In this document: piece after piece, positions 12,496 to 25,413 of the stretch
Position numbering within the stretch: position 1 is the first letter of the stretch
Layout of the letters: each line of letters begins with the position of its first letter
Source: Antedon mediterranea
Taxonomy: Eukaryota > Animalia > Echinodermata
Direction: 5' to 3'
Assembly: GCF_964355755.1 (NCBI RefSeq)
Contig: NC_092674.1
Coordinates: 20,584,001-20,648,000 of the forward strand
DNA length: 64,000 nt
The notes under the pieces: model-generated
What the model saw: only the letters and a program-made list of their open reading frames with translations
Told to the model about the DNA's origin: nothing
Database searches by the model: none
Program-made: the position numbers and the translations under genes

Positions 12496-14322
12496 AATTT
12501 TTACTCGATGGTATATAAAGTTGGTTCGTACTTTCGGTACTGATTTTAACCACCTGATATAACCCTGTTTACTAATTAAATTAAGTTAGATAATTAGTTA
12601 TTGACGATTAAAACAAATTTAGGTTCAACGATTTGCCCCAAATAGGGGTGTTTTCCGATCGTGGTATACACTGTCTAATGGATGTCCATCTTGAAAAATA
12701 CCCGCCACAAAAATGCGAGGAGGCTTCGAAATTTCCTATCTCCTCCTACGATAATTGTTTTTAATAGCTGAAAACCGGTTTAACAGCTAGAGTACAGCAT
12801 CATAATGTTGAAGACAGGCCGATTTTCTTTAAAAAATACTATTTTGATAGATTTAATATACGATTATACAAATGTATTGATTTGCGATGAATGGAACATC
12901 CCAATCTCTCAGTCTGCCAGAGTTTGGTTTAACACAAGTAGGTAAATTTATGAGCCCTTGGTTTAACACATACTGTAGATAAATATATGGGCCCTTTGAG
13001 AATAAACTCATAACAGAAATTCGATCCATTTTTTTTTTCAATCTGTGCTGCAGAGGTTGGATATAGATTTTTTTAACGGATAATGAGCTAGCGTTTTCAG
13101 TCGCCGTATATTATGTACAAATCTGTATTATTGCAGTTAAACCACCCACATCATCACCCTTCCCTCACTGGCATGAGTAGCGTTGTAAAGCCAGTAGAGG
13201 ATAGGCCTACGTGCATCACATGCCCTAAACGTAGAACAACTTTGGTGGGTAGAGTAGGAACCAACTTAAGTTACAAACAATTGAAAACCATTAGGCCTAC
13301 TAATTAAGTTGAGTTCGATAATTTAATATTTATTGACGATTAAATCGAATTTATAATTTGCCCCGAATAGAGGTGGTTTTCACAAATTGTTTTACATTAT
13401 ATAAACATATACACGTCGTAGTGATGTATCGTTACATGTACTGTACTATTTCAATCGACTAGGACGGTGATAGTTTCAACAAAGTATTACATCGCAATGT
13501 TTTACCGTGTTTAGTGGTATATTATTTGTAAAACATGAAAACATTTAATATTTCGTTACTAAATGGATAAAGAATATATTTAAAAATTGTTCCTCTTTGC
13601 ACCATTCCTCTTCCTCATCCCTCAACCCTAATGTTACATACAAAACACAAATTAAGTTTGTTTAAATTTGACTTATATACAATTGGTCTCATTTTGTGAA
13701 AAGTTTCTCTTTCGGAAGTAATTCCCATGGTGCTAATTTTAGTTGAGTACATAAATAACAGTGTCTATTTATTCGTTCCTGTAAACGACATGTATTATTA
13801 TCCTGCGGTACGTACATTTTAAATAGCCTGTTTTTTAACGCTGAAATTATTATGTATTCGAGAACCATCTGTGGGCACGACCTAGATGGTACGCGAGCCT
13901 TACTTTTATAATTTTTACTCGATGGTATGTAAAGTTGGTTCGTACCTTCAGTACTGATTTTAACCACCTGATGTAACCCTGTTTACTAATTAAATTAAGT
14001 TAGATAATTAGTTATTGACGATTAAAACGAATTTAGGTTCAACGATTTGCCCCAGATAGGGGTGTTTTCCGATCGTGGTATAAACTGTCAAATGGATGTC
14101 CATCTTGAAAAATACCCGCCACAAAAATGCGAGGAGGCTTCGCATTTTCCTATCTCCTCCTACGATAATTGTTTTTAATAGCTGAAAACCGGTTGAACAG
14201 CTCGAGTACAGTATCATAATGTTGAAGATAGGCCGATTTTCTTAAAAAATACTATTTTGATAGATTTAATATACGTTTATACAAATGTATTGATTTGCGA
14301 TGAATGGAACATTCCAATCTCT
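12496..14322. repeat. Direct duplication of ~410 bp (12496-12909 and 13910-14322), partial third copy at ~13300-13380
   Basis: Near-identical sequence AATTTTTACTCGATGGTAT...GGAACAT(C/T)CCAATCTCT in both copies. Confidence 0.85.
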
Positions 14323-15134
14323 GTGTCGTTCCACAAGTGTCTATTCCCTCAGGCGTCGTAAAGGAAAGTACTGTATACTCATATTGATATTAGGACAAAC
14401 TGAAGAATGTTGAAAAAAAGGAGAAATCTGGTGGAAACGATGAAATAACTGCCAAATTGCTAAAGGCAGACATAGATACAATAGTCGACTGGCTTGCTGA
14501 TATATATTGGGAGCAGGAGGAGGTACCGATGACATGGAAACAGGGGCTTAAAGGTGATCTTACAGTGTGGTAATTGGAGAGGAATCACGTTAAAATCTGT
14601 CCCAAGCAAAGTATTTGGAAGAGTGCTTAACATGATAAAGGATGGAGTGAATAGCAAGTTGAGGAATGGATTTTGAGGTAGTAGAAGAAGTACAGTTGAG
14701 CAGATATTTTTGTTAAGAAATATCATTGAGCAAGTTATGGAATGGCAGTCAACCTAAACGTCTGTGGACTTTGCAAGAGCATTCGACTCTATACATAGAC
14801 GATAAAGCAAGGAGTTGTCATGTCTGGTTTTTTCTTTCTGATTGTGGTGAACTGGATCATGAAACATGCAACAAAGGGTAATAACACTGGGATACGCTAT
14901 AAATTCACAGCTAAATTAAAGGATCTGAAATTTGCTGATGACATTGTGCTTCTGTCATCTATCATAGAGCGCATGCAAGCTAAAGTAAAAAAACTACACG
15001 AATATGCAGCAATGACTGCAAATGTATGCAACGAAAAAGTTCTTAGAATAAAGAGAGATCAAACTACAGGTTATCAGTAGCTGGGCATACACTAAACTAA
15101 ATGAAGTGGAGAAATACACATATATACACATATC

Positions 15135-17229
15135 CCCCACCAGAGATTAATAACAAAATTGGAAGCGTACGGAATAAAAGGAAACCTACTGAGATGGATA
15201 CATCAATTTTTGACAGGCAGGAGACAAAGAGTTAGAGTGGCCGCAGCATTTTCTGAATGGTCTACGGTTAAAAGCGGAGTCTCTCAAGGCAGCGTGTTAG
15301 GCCCTTTATTATTTATAATTTCATAAACGACCTACCTGATACAGTTAAATCTAAAGTATGGATGTTTGCAGATAACACTAAGATGTTTAATGTTGTGCAT
15401 GAAAACAGAAATGATACAGTTCAAAATGATCTCAAGGCATTATCCAATTGGTCTAAAAGATGGCAGCTGAAATTCAACATCAATAAATATAAAGTAATAT
15501 ATTATGGAAATTCCAATCCACAAATGCAATTCACTATGCCAACAGAGGAAGGTGACGAGTATCTGCCAAATGCCAATACTGAAAAGGACCTTGGAGTTAC
15601 TTTTAATCAGTCTTTAAAATTTTCACTACAAACGAATGAAGCTGTAAATAAAGCAAATAGACTCATTGGACTGGTAAGGCGATCTTTTGCTTACATGGAT
15701 AAGGATATGTTCCTGCCCTTTTATAAAAGTATAATTCGACTTCATCTGGAATACGCAAGCTGTATATGGTACCCTTTCCTAAAAGGTGATTTGGATAAGC
15801 TTGAAAGAGTGCAGCGTAGGGCCACTAAAATTGTCAAAAAGTTACGAGATAAATCTTACGATCAGAGATTAAAAGAGCTTGTATTACCTACACTGAATTA
15901 CAGAAGAAGGAGAGCGGACATTATACAAGTGTTTAAAATTATCAAGGGCTTGGATGATATTGAAACCGAAACCTTTTTTGATTTTAGAGAGGACAGTAGA
16001 ACAAGGGGCCATAATTCCCCATATTAAGAGTTACTGTACATCTCTCAAATCATGTTGGGTGAAAAGATATCTTGATGGAAATCAATCCAAGTGGAAAGTG
16101 TTTTTAAAAAGTAAGATTAAAGAGGTTGGAGGAAATATTGTTTTCGAAACCAACTTTTCTAAATCTTCAAAAATATTAAAACAATTTGAAAGGTTCTATA
16201 AAGATATACTCTCTGCGTGGAGTGAATACAATTTTGTAGAACCGTATACGATAGAGGACATCTTAAATCAATCTTTATGGAACAACTCATGTTTTGATAA
16301 AAGAGAATTTAAAGTTGAAAAAAATTGGTTGGTTAAAAATGTAAACTATGTAAAAGATATCGTGAACAAAGAAGGGAAAATATTAGAACTAGACGAATTT
16401 AACCAAAAATATAATTTTAAACCAGACTTCTTATTATATCACCAGATTGTAAATTCAATTCCAAAGCTCTGGAAACAGAAATTAATTGAACAAGGTATAA
16501 ACACAACTAATGAAGTTGAATCCAAATTACAGACATTCATTTCTGTGAAAACGAGAAATTGTCATTATATCTATAAACACATTATATTAAAAAATGTTGA
16601 AGAGCCAATTGGAATTGAATCCAAATGGGAAATGGAGTTTGACAACAAACTTAATTGGAAAAACCTTTTCTCAAATTTACACGCCTGTACAAATGACACT
16701 AAGCTAAAAAATGTTCAATTTAAATTTATTCATCGTATAATTTATACAAATACAATGCTCTTTAAGATGTCAAAGGTCAATTCACCAATGTGTAGTTTTT
16801 GCAAGGAAAAGCAGGAAACACTGCTACATATGTTCTTTGAATGTGATCTGGTAAAGAACATTTGGGAAAATGTAAAACAATATATGTATCGAAATATCAA
16901 CAATAACTTAATTATCACCAAAGAAAGTATATGTTTTGGTTTTGGAAAAACACACAGTGATGCAAACATTTTAATTTTAATTACAAAGTGGTACATATTT
17001 AGTTGCAAAATCAAAAAACAATTACTTAATTATAATCATTTATTTCACATTTACCAAAAATACAAGGCAACCATATTATTAGCAAAATGATTATTATTAA
17101 GTGTATTTTTGCGATACATTATTTTTTTTTTCTTTAATTTCATTACTCTCTTATTTTTGAGAGAGTATTATATCGTTTTAATTGTTACGTTGCCTTTATA
17201 TATTAATTTTGTATTATGTATGTGATGAA

Positions 17230-17266
<37 letters not shown>

Positions 17267-17546
17267 AAGGGGCCATCAATTCAAATTAAGAAAGCCAAGG
17301 GCCCGACTGAAAATCAGAAGCCACTCCTTTTCAAGTAGAATCGTGAACACATGGAACAATCTATACCACACTACAGTACAAGCAGAAAACATAAATGCAT
17401 TCAAGGATCAACTAAACAAAGACAGAGCAATGGGAGATACATTTTGCTACCAATTCTAGATAAATACAGAAGAAATGGAGGGCGTTTAAAAGGCATTTGC
17501 CTTAATCATGAGCCCGAAGATTCAAGTAAGATTCAAGTAAGTAAGA
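15135..17546 (+). mobile_element. 5'-truncated CR1-clade LINE, itself interrupted at 16013-17261
   Basis: PHQRLITKLEAYGI, QGSVLGPLLF, MFADNTK, LERVQRRATK, RTRGH|QFKLRKP...FSSRIVNTWN. 3' tail GATTCAAGTAA repeats. Confidence 0.85.
16013..17261 (+). mobile_element. 5'-truncated L1/Tx1-clade LINE (ORF2 C-terminus with CCHC zinc knuckle)
   Basis: Intact frame to stop at 17090 with CSFCKEKQETLLHMFFEC, AATAAA plus ~30-nt poly(A), perfect 15-bp TSD AGAACAAGGGGCCAT (15998-16012 and 17262-17276). Confidence 0.9.
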
Positions 17547-19261
17547 TATTAACGGTTAGTGTTAGTAATAAGGGAAAGAAGGGAAGAAGACATAAACAAA
17601 ATCCGGCAAATGTGTGAAGAGAATACTCAAAATCATATGGTCAAATGTCGTTTCAAATAAAGACATGCTAATGAAAACCCAAATGAAATTAGTGAGCGAG
17701 GAGGTCAGAGTAAGGCTTTAAAAATGGAATGGACACGTCCAAAGGATGGAGGATAGCTGCCACTGTATGACTGCACAAACGTGGTTTTCAGAAGGCATGA
17801 GGAAAGTAGGGCGTCGTCCAAAAACAACCTGGAGACGAACTTTTGAGAGGGAGTGAAAGACTTTTGGGTGAAGGTCATAAACTGAAGCCAAGCCTGTAGC
17901 AAGAGACCGAACGATCAGATGACTGTAAGGTAATACAATGTCTTGAGTCTATACATAACTATTGAGCAAAATGTTTCTTTAGAATCTATTCGTAAAGTTT
18001 GAATACAATAAAAGTTCCATCCATTCATTTTATTTGTTTCTTAATTAAGGTCACTGTGTTGCACTTAGTAAACAAATACTAATCTACAAAAATTGCCGGA
18101 ATTGTCAGAATTATATTCTTTACAATTCGTTTACACTTTATTTATAAACGTGAAAAGTACCTTTTAGCAGGGAAGAGTAAGCTTGTATTATGCTTAAGTT
18201 CCTTATCCGATGCGGTATAACATTACAGAAAGAGACCCTATGGAGCAGCACGGGTAACAGCTAATATTATTGCTATGCTGACAAATATATCTTAATATTG
18301 TGGTACTGTGTGTTAGATAGATTTTAAATTTTCATAATTCAATCAAATAATTGGTAGTGTATATTCCAATAAGATTTGTTAGATTGGTGTTAGCTTAAGA
18401 GTTCATAAAGGTTGGAAATTATAGCATATTAACAATATTCTAGTCCAATTTATTATTTTAATTATTTTATTTTAATTCAGTTAGTGTGTGTACCTTTGGT
18501 ACCAAGTTGTTGTTATTTACCTATATCTATGATTAAATTACCAACTTTAAGTTAGTCATCTGTTAATGTTGTGATGTATTTTTTGTAGTCACACAAGTTT
18601 CCCATACCACCGATGGATTTTGCATATTGTTGCTCTGTGGGAAGATCTGTGTTCCAAAAGTTTAAAGTCTTCTATAGTAAAGATCATGTGCATTTAAACC
18701 AACATATTTTAATATACAAATAAAAAAATAATATAACATTTTTTTAAACAAGTTTTTAACAATTATGTGATCCCTATTTAGATCAAATAGAACCAATCAA
18801 ATAAGCAACTAATAATTTGTAATTAATAGTATAGGCCTATATATATTATATTTTTATAAAATAAACAATATCGGGCAAAAATAAAAAACATTTTATAATG
18901 TATACACACACTTTACAAAAACATTAATGTATTACATTATAATTAGCACCTACTTGAGGTTTTGCAGTTTAACGAAGTAACACACAGTTGAAGCACATTC
19001 TTCTGACGAAGTTTTTCGTGGAAGGAACAAGAAACCGTCATCAAGAAAACAAGGTATTTGCGATCTAATCGTAATTCGTACCATTGATTTGATAAAAGAA
19101 TTTGTTACACAATACTGTACATTATAAGCAGACATACCTCTGAACTCTCCAGATAAATTCACGAGTCTCTTATTATCTCTCCTGCTGAAATGCATTTTCT
19201 CCAGATTTTTGGATAAAGAAAAAAAGTATCCCGATTTGTATACACAAATATATACAATACT

Positions 19262-22086
19262 GTATCCTAAAACCTAAAAAATATTCTTGTTGGAACCATT
19301 TATAGACCGCCTTCACTTGACCCTAAACAATTTACTAATGAACTTGACTCTGTGCTTTCCTCTTTATCAACAGAAAACAAGATTGTCTACATTCTTGGAG
19401 ACTTCAACATCGATATCCTTAAATACGATACTGACAACAATGCTTGTGATTTTATCAACTCGCTTTTCAGTAATAATTACCTTCCTTGTATCCATAGACA
19501 TTCCCGTATCAGTAAAACTTCTGCCACTTTATTAGACAACATTTTCTACTAATCAGACTGAATACCAAAACACAAGTGGTCTACTTTATAGCGACATTTC
19601 CGATCATCTTCCTGTCTTCAATATTTCTCTTCTCAACGCTTCCTTCCATAATCTTAATCCAAATAAAAACTATACTTTTAGAAAATTTAACCTTACTTCA
19701 CTGGCAAACTTTCGTCTTGAAATTTCCACCCAACATTGGACTGATGTTATTAACACTGATGAACCAAATAAGGCTTATTCACACTTTGAACTTATATTAA
19801 AATCAATATATGATAAACACTTTCCTCTCCTCAAAAACGAAAAAAAAAAATAATAAATTAAAGTCATGGATGTCTAATGGCCTACTTAATTCAATTAAAC
19901 ACAAACATAAACTGTACTCTAAATTTATCCATTGTCCCACCCAAAAAAATGAAACAGCCTTTAAACAATTCCGTAATAAATTAAATACTACAATTAAAGC
20001 TGCAAAAAAAAATCATTTTCACAAAACGTTTCTCAAACACAAAAATGATATTAAGGCAACTTGGAAATCAATTAATTCCCTGCTTAATAAATCAAATAAT
20101 ACACATACAAATACTTCTTTCAATTTTCAAGGTGAGTTGACTAGTGATTCCAATATAATTTCAAATGCCTTTAACAAATATTTTTCTGAAATCGGCCCTT
20201 CACTTGCTAATAAAATTCCCAATAGTAACAGATCATTTAAAGACTCTTTACCCAACCCTACCCCTAACTCAATATTCTTTACTCCAGTCAACGAGGCCGA
20301 AGTTTTTAAAATCATTTCTACCTTTAAAAACAACAAATCACCCGCTATTGATGATTTCCAAACCAAGCCCATCAAACATATTGCCGATCTCATTTCTTCT
20401 CCACTTACCCATATTTTTAATCTTGCTTTATTAAAGGGTGTTTTCCCAGACAGGATGAAGTTTGCGCGCGTTACCCCTATCTACAAATCTGGAAACAAAT
20501 CTGATTTCTCTAACTATCGCCCCATCTCTGTCCTCTCTATTTTCTCTAAAGCTTTAGAAAGGGTAATCTACGATCGTACATTTTCATTTATCTCAAAACA
20601 TGACATTCTTCACAAAAATCAATATGGCGTTAGAAAAGGTCACAACACACCCATGGCTCTCATTGACTTAACAAACAAAATTGTTGACGCATTTGAAAGT
20701 GGCCATCTAGCCATCGGCATTTTTATAGATTTGTCAAAGGCATTCGATACAATAGACCACAACATACTTTTATTTAAACTATCCCACTATGGAATTAGAG
20801 GGCCCGCATATGATCTTTTCAAAAGTTACCTTACCAATCGTTTCCAATGTACCAAGTATTCTAATTCTGTCTCCAACTTCAACCCTGTTACTTGTGGTGT
20901 TCCCCAGGGCTCTCTTCTTGGCCCCCTCCTATTTATTCTATATATTAATGATATTTATCTTTCTTCTGCAATTCTTAATTTTTTTTCTATATGCTGACGA
21001 CACCACTGTTTATTACTCTGACCCTGATATTCAAACCTTATTTAATACTGTTAATACCAATCTGACCTTCATGTCTCAATACTTTTCAGCTAAAAAACTT
21101 TCTCTTAACCACAAAAAATATAACTTCATCCTGTTTGGGACCCCTCAGAAAATTAAAAACATTGATACTGCAAACTATAACATTTCTATTAACAATCATG
21201 ATATTCCCTCAGTCCAATCTGCTACATTTTTAGGAGTTCATCTTGACAGTCGACTTTCATGGAAAAATCACATCAATTTTGTTGAGAATAAAATTTCAAA
21301 AAGTCTTGGCATCATCACTAGACTTTCTTCTTTTTCACCCCCTAACATTCTTTGTATCCTGTACTGCTCCCTCATCCTGCCTTATCTTAACTATTGCAAT
21401 ATTATTGTCTGGTGCAACTCTTATCCTTCCAGTATTAAAAAACTTCAAACTCTTCAAAAAAAGGCCATCAGGGTTATATCTGGCGCCCCACCCCTGTCTC
21501 ATTCATCTCATCTTTTTTCAAAGCTTAATCTTCTCAAAGTCTCCGATATCAATCTAACCCAACAAGGCTCGTTCATCTTTTCTTCTATTAATTCCAACCT
21601 TCCCAAACATCTCTGCTCCATGTTCACTCCAAATTCTTCAATTCATTATCATAATACCCGTATTTATTCAAAATTACATATTCCAACCCATAAAACCAAC
21701 CACTTTCAACACAACATTAGGTATTCCGGACCCACTTTTTGGAACGATCTGCCACTCCCCATCTTAAACTCTGTTTCTAGTAAATCATTTTTATCTAAAC
21801 TTAAAAGTCACCTTATTGCCAAATATTAACTTTTCCTCGGTCAATTTTTTTATTTATTTATTTTTTTATTTTTATTTATTTATTTATTTATTTATTTATT
21901 TTTTTTTATTTTATAAATTTTCATTGTCTGTGTCTGTAATAGGTACGTCCTCCACAAGATGTGTTTTTCATCTTTCTGGGCGTGTACCTTCTTCTTTCAA
22001 ATTTTAGTTAACATATTTATTGATCACTGAAATCTATTTTGTATATGAAAGGAGAAAATAAATGTTGCTTTGAATTTGAATTGAAT
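19262..22086 (+). mobile_element. L2/CR1-group (Crack/Daphne-like) LINE: endonuclease end plus RT, frameshifted
   Basis: VGTIYRPP, LGDFNID, SDHLP (APE), NYRPIS, DLSKAFD, VPQGSLLGP, YADD, FLG (RT). 3' tail TTGAATTTGAATTGAAT. Confidence 0.9.
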
Positions 22087-23329
22087 CTACTACTACTGTG
22101 CTCTAGAGAATAGAAAATATACTAATATCGGTCCGTAAGAATTTTCCAATAAATTAATGAGTTTTGCACCGTATTGTTGGCCTTTGACACACCAGACATG
22201 CTCATTTATTCTAAAGGGGTCGTCAAACACACGGGCAGCCTGTGGTTCTTTTTTGGCCAGCCTGTGGTCCGAGGGCGCTAGACATTTGGCCAGCCTGTGG
22301 TCCCGAGGGCACTAGCATGAAAACACACAGCCCGTCTGCGTGTTCCCTATTATGTCATAATTAATCATGAATTATTCATGATTTCTGCCCACGTTCGTCC
22401 TGGAAAAAAAATTACGCAGCCCGTCTGCGATATTTTTTTACGCTCAACGAAACTGCCAGCTAGCCAGAATACTGTTTTCTGATTGGATGTTGATGTCACG
22501 TGAGATGTTCAAATCACTCACGCATGCAGTTCGCCTCAGTAGGTAAATCCCCCTCGCACTCTCCGACCGGTTGCGACTCGCACTGCTCTAATTTACGTGT
22601 TGTAGGAATCGTACATTTCAATGGGCTCGCTGCCTGAGAGCACGCTGCCTGAAACAACTACTACTAGCTCCTTGCACACAACAGACAGACAATGTTTGAG
22701 ATAAAATAATTATAAATAAGAGCGATTATCGTTGTGGATAATACCGTAACGTGGATAATAAAAACATCACGCATTGGCGATAAAACGTTGGTCTGGATGG
22801 TGTAAATTTGTTTTTGTTTATGATCCAACATCATTTGTTGAAAATTTTCAAAAAATGATAATAAATAATCACAAACACTATTTCCCTGTGACTTATAACT
22901 ATATATTTAGATGAGTTGTTGCTTGTAATTCTGCCAAAGGAACAGAGTCTTTTTTTTGTCAGTATATAAAAGGATGACGATGACAAAAGTGTATTTTGAC
23001 CGTGCCAACCGGGTTGCGATTTTTTTTTTGGTACATAAGTTGGGGACCCCTCATGAACCGTCACAAAATAAACATGAATAATTCATCAGTTAAATTTGTT
23101 GTTCCGCGTGCACCCACAAGCGTAGGCCTACAGCAACAAGAAGTGATTACACGAACAACTGCGATACGATTCTTTCTACAGTAGGCCTAGGATTCTAGGT
23201 CAATTCACGTGATTGCCTTCGCGCACTCTTCTTCACACACACGCCACTATGCAAAATGTGTCCGAGGCTAATCGACAGCTAGGCAAGACATTAAACTATA
23301 GGTTCATTTTCAACCACATCATCTGTCAC

Positions 23330-24280
23330 TTAGTTCATTGCATTTTGTCTATTAAGGACTTCTTGTTCACGTCATCGTCTCTTAAGTGAGTAGTGTACCA
23401 TCCTTGTCTTTTGTCACTAGTTTTGGTTTGTCATTGCATAAAGACTTTGTGATCTGGTACTACTCTTTCATTCTCCCATTTCCTTGTGCATTCTCTGCTT
23501 CAGACGCAAGGTCGTCGGCCCACTTTCTGAGGCCTTTCTCATACTCTTCTTAACATCCCTGTCTTTAGTGTTTTATTCGTTCAGATTTGCCTGTTCATAT
23601 TTAAGTTTCTTTCTTTCTTCAACACGCGTTCATGATTATTTGCTGATCCATGGTTTCTTTCCATTCTTTTTGTACCCAAGAACATGTTTTGCTGTTTCTT
23701 TGTAAGCATCCTCTAGTTTTTGCCATTTTTGTTCCACATTTTCATTACATTCTGGCAGTACATCATACATATTTCTGAGTTCAATATTGAATTTGGCTGT
23801 GACAGTCTGTTTCTGCAGTTTTGTTGTGTCAAACTTCTTCCTTTTAATTTTCTGCTGTTGTTTCCACAATAATTTCAACTGTGCTGTATGTTTACTAGTA
23901 AATGATCAATACTATTATGATTCTTTCCGTATGGAGAAATCATTTGCTTGTATATAAGCCAATGTAGGAAGATGGTTCCTGTGACAACAAGATTGTTAAG
24001 ACCACAAAGTCGACTACATTAATCTTTCACTATTTTCATTCTCGTGCCGATACCATGCTTTCCCATTATGCCTTACTGTCCAAACTGATTGTAGCTGCTC
24101 GTAGAAATTGCCTTTATCCTCTTCTTCTGCATTTTTTATTGATATATGCATATGCTTGAATTATTGATACTTTGATATATTTAGAGTATGACATACATGG
24201 ATCTATCATAGGTTTCTACTATTCAAGTAATGTCTGCTCTGCTTTCTTTGACATCATTATTGCGACACCATAGTAGTGCA
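23330..24280 (-). mobile_element. Degenerate RTE-clade LINE fragment (endonuclease and linker)
   Basis: Minus-strand GVAIMMSK, IIQAYA, FYEQLQ, FNIELRNMY, KKPWISK with many lesions. Confidence 0.7.
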
Positions 24281-24557
24281 AGATATATTCTCTTACAGAA
24301 CATTTTCTCCAATAGAAAACAGTGTTATTACATTCGAACAACCGATATTTGTCATTTCTTTTGGCCCGGTTAACGGCCTCTGAACGTCTATATGTCTTTG
24401 ATCCAGAAGCATCATTTTATTGGTCCACTTAAAATGGAAATTCATTTTGCTTGCCATAAATTAAGAAAATAAACTACAAAGAAAAATGCATCCAATTGCA
24501 AACACGCTATATGCCAATGGTAAAATATGGTTAATTGACCAATGTTAACATACTGAT

Positions 24558-24702
24558 AACAAGGCCAACAGCCATAAGTCGCGTGCTAAAACGCATAGTG
24601 ATACCGGACCGACAGACAGACCGACAGACCGACAGACCGACAGACCGACCGACAGTCCGACCGACATAGTGAACTATAGAGTCGCGTCCACGCGACTAAA
24701 AA
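24558..24702 (+). mobile_element. Short DINE-1/HINE-like element
   Basis: AACAAGGCCAACAGCC head, (GACC/GACA)n, perfect 3' hairpin AGTCGCGT-CC-ACGCGACT followed by AAAAA. Confidence 0.75.
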
Positions 24703-25413
24703 TGCATATTGCCCAAGAATCACAAACAATAGACGAATGTAAAAAACTGTTAAAACGATTAAAAAATAATGATAAAAGAATGATTAAAATGTTACGAAAA
24801 TTGCAGTATAGTGTCTAACATTTGAATTATACACATGAATGCTATTTACAACAAATGACTTCCTAGTTCTACATAGATTGGCTGTTGGTACTCGTAGTCT
24901 AATTCCAGATCTATTGCAACAGGCTGTAACGTAACGGATTAGTGGTGTCTTTCATAATATTTTCAACTTTTCTTAAGATACACTTCTCGTAAATCAGAGA
25001 ACATTGGGTTATATCTGTTTTTGTGATAAGTTTTTCTCTATGTTTTACTTATCAATTTTAGTATAATTATATATAGATATGTATTATTAATATTATATGT
25101 AGGCCTATAATTTCCTTAATCGTTAATACATTAGAAACCGACAACGTGATATAGTAGAGCAAGAAGTTTACATGAGAGGACAACTTTCAGTCTGTCGATA
25201 TCACTGCATGGAAAAAATATACATTTGGTAATTTATTGTAATAAGATGTGGAGTATAGGAGATTATATTTGTTCTGTAAATTGTAATATTATTATAATTC
25301 TAAATTATTAATTGCTAAATAAACAGAAAACATTTGAAATAAATACGATATTTTCATAAGATAACATCCTACAATCAGACATGATGTTGTGATTTGTACA
25401 GTATGCACTTGCT

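Larger units (their letters stand above)
14340..17925 (+). mobile_element. Degenerate RTE-clade LINE, split by nested insertions (pieces ~14340-15120 and ~17550-17925)
   Basis: WRGITLKSVPSKVFG, VDFARAFDSIHR and DLKFADDIVLLS upstream, RKVGRRPKTTWRR-type C-terminus downstream. Confidence 0.7.
10213..18559 (-). pseudogene. LAMP-domain membrane protein pseudogene (paralogue of the 35.2 kb and 44.0 kb genes)
   Basis: Exons 10213-10382 (C, TM helix, tail NYQVSSTI*), 10609-10769 (VGYY* plus frameshift, then LKNVKLQPY...DYGK) and 11657-11857 (frameshift before YKLDSITI, GC donor). Probable decayed exon 2 at ~17940-18083 (WNFYCIQ) and exon 1 at ~18521-18559 are less certain. Confidence 0.65.

Noticed and set aside
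15954-17090. 378-aa ORF as a standalone host gene
   Set aside because: It is the C-terminus of an L1/Tx1 ORF2 bounded by TSDs and poly(A). Its first ~20 codons are out-of-frame CR1 sequence.
19810-21829. Programmed frameshift between the two RT ORFs
   Set aside because: The shift falls in a T-run just before YADD, inside a domain normally encoded by one ORF, and other lesions exist upstream. Decay or sequencing error is simpler.
22200-22660. GC-richer segment with short direct repeats (GGCCAGCCTGTGGTCC, CAGCCCGTCTGCG)
   Set aside because: Probably a repeat fragment, but I could not define ends, a TSD or coding potential.
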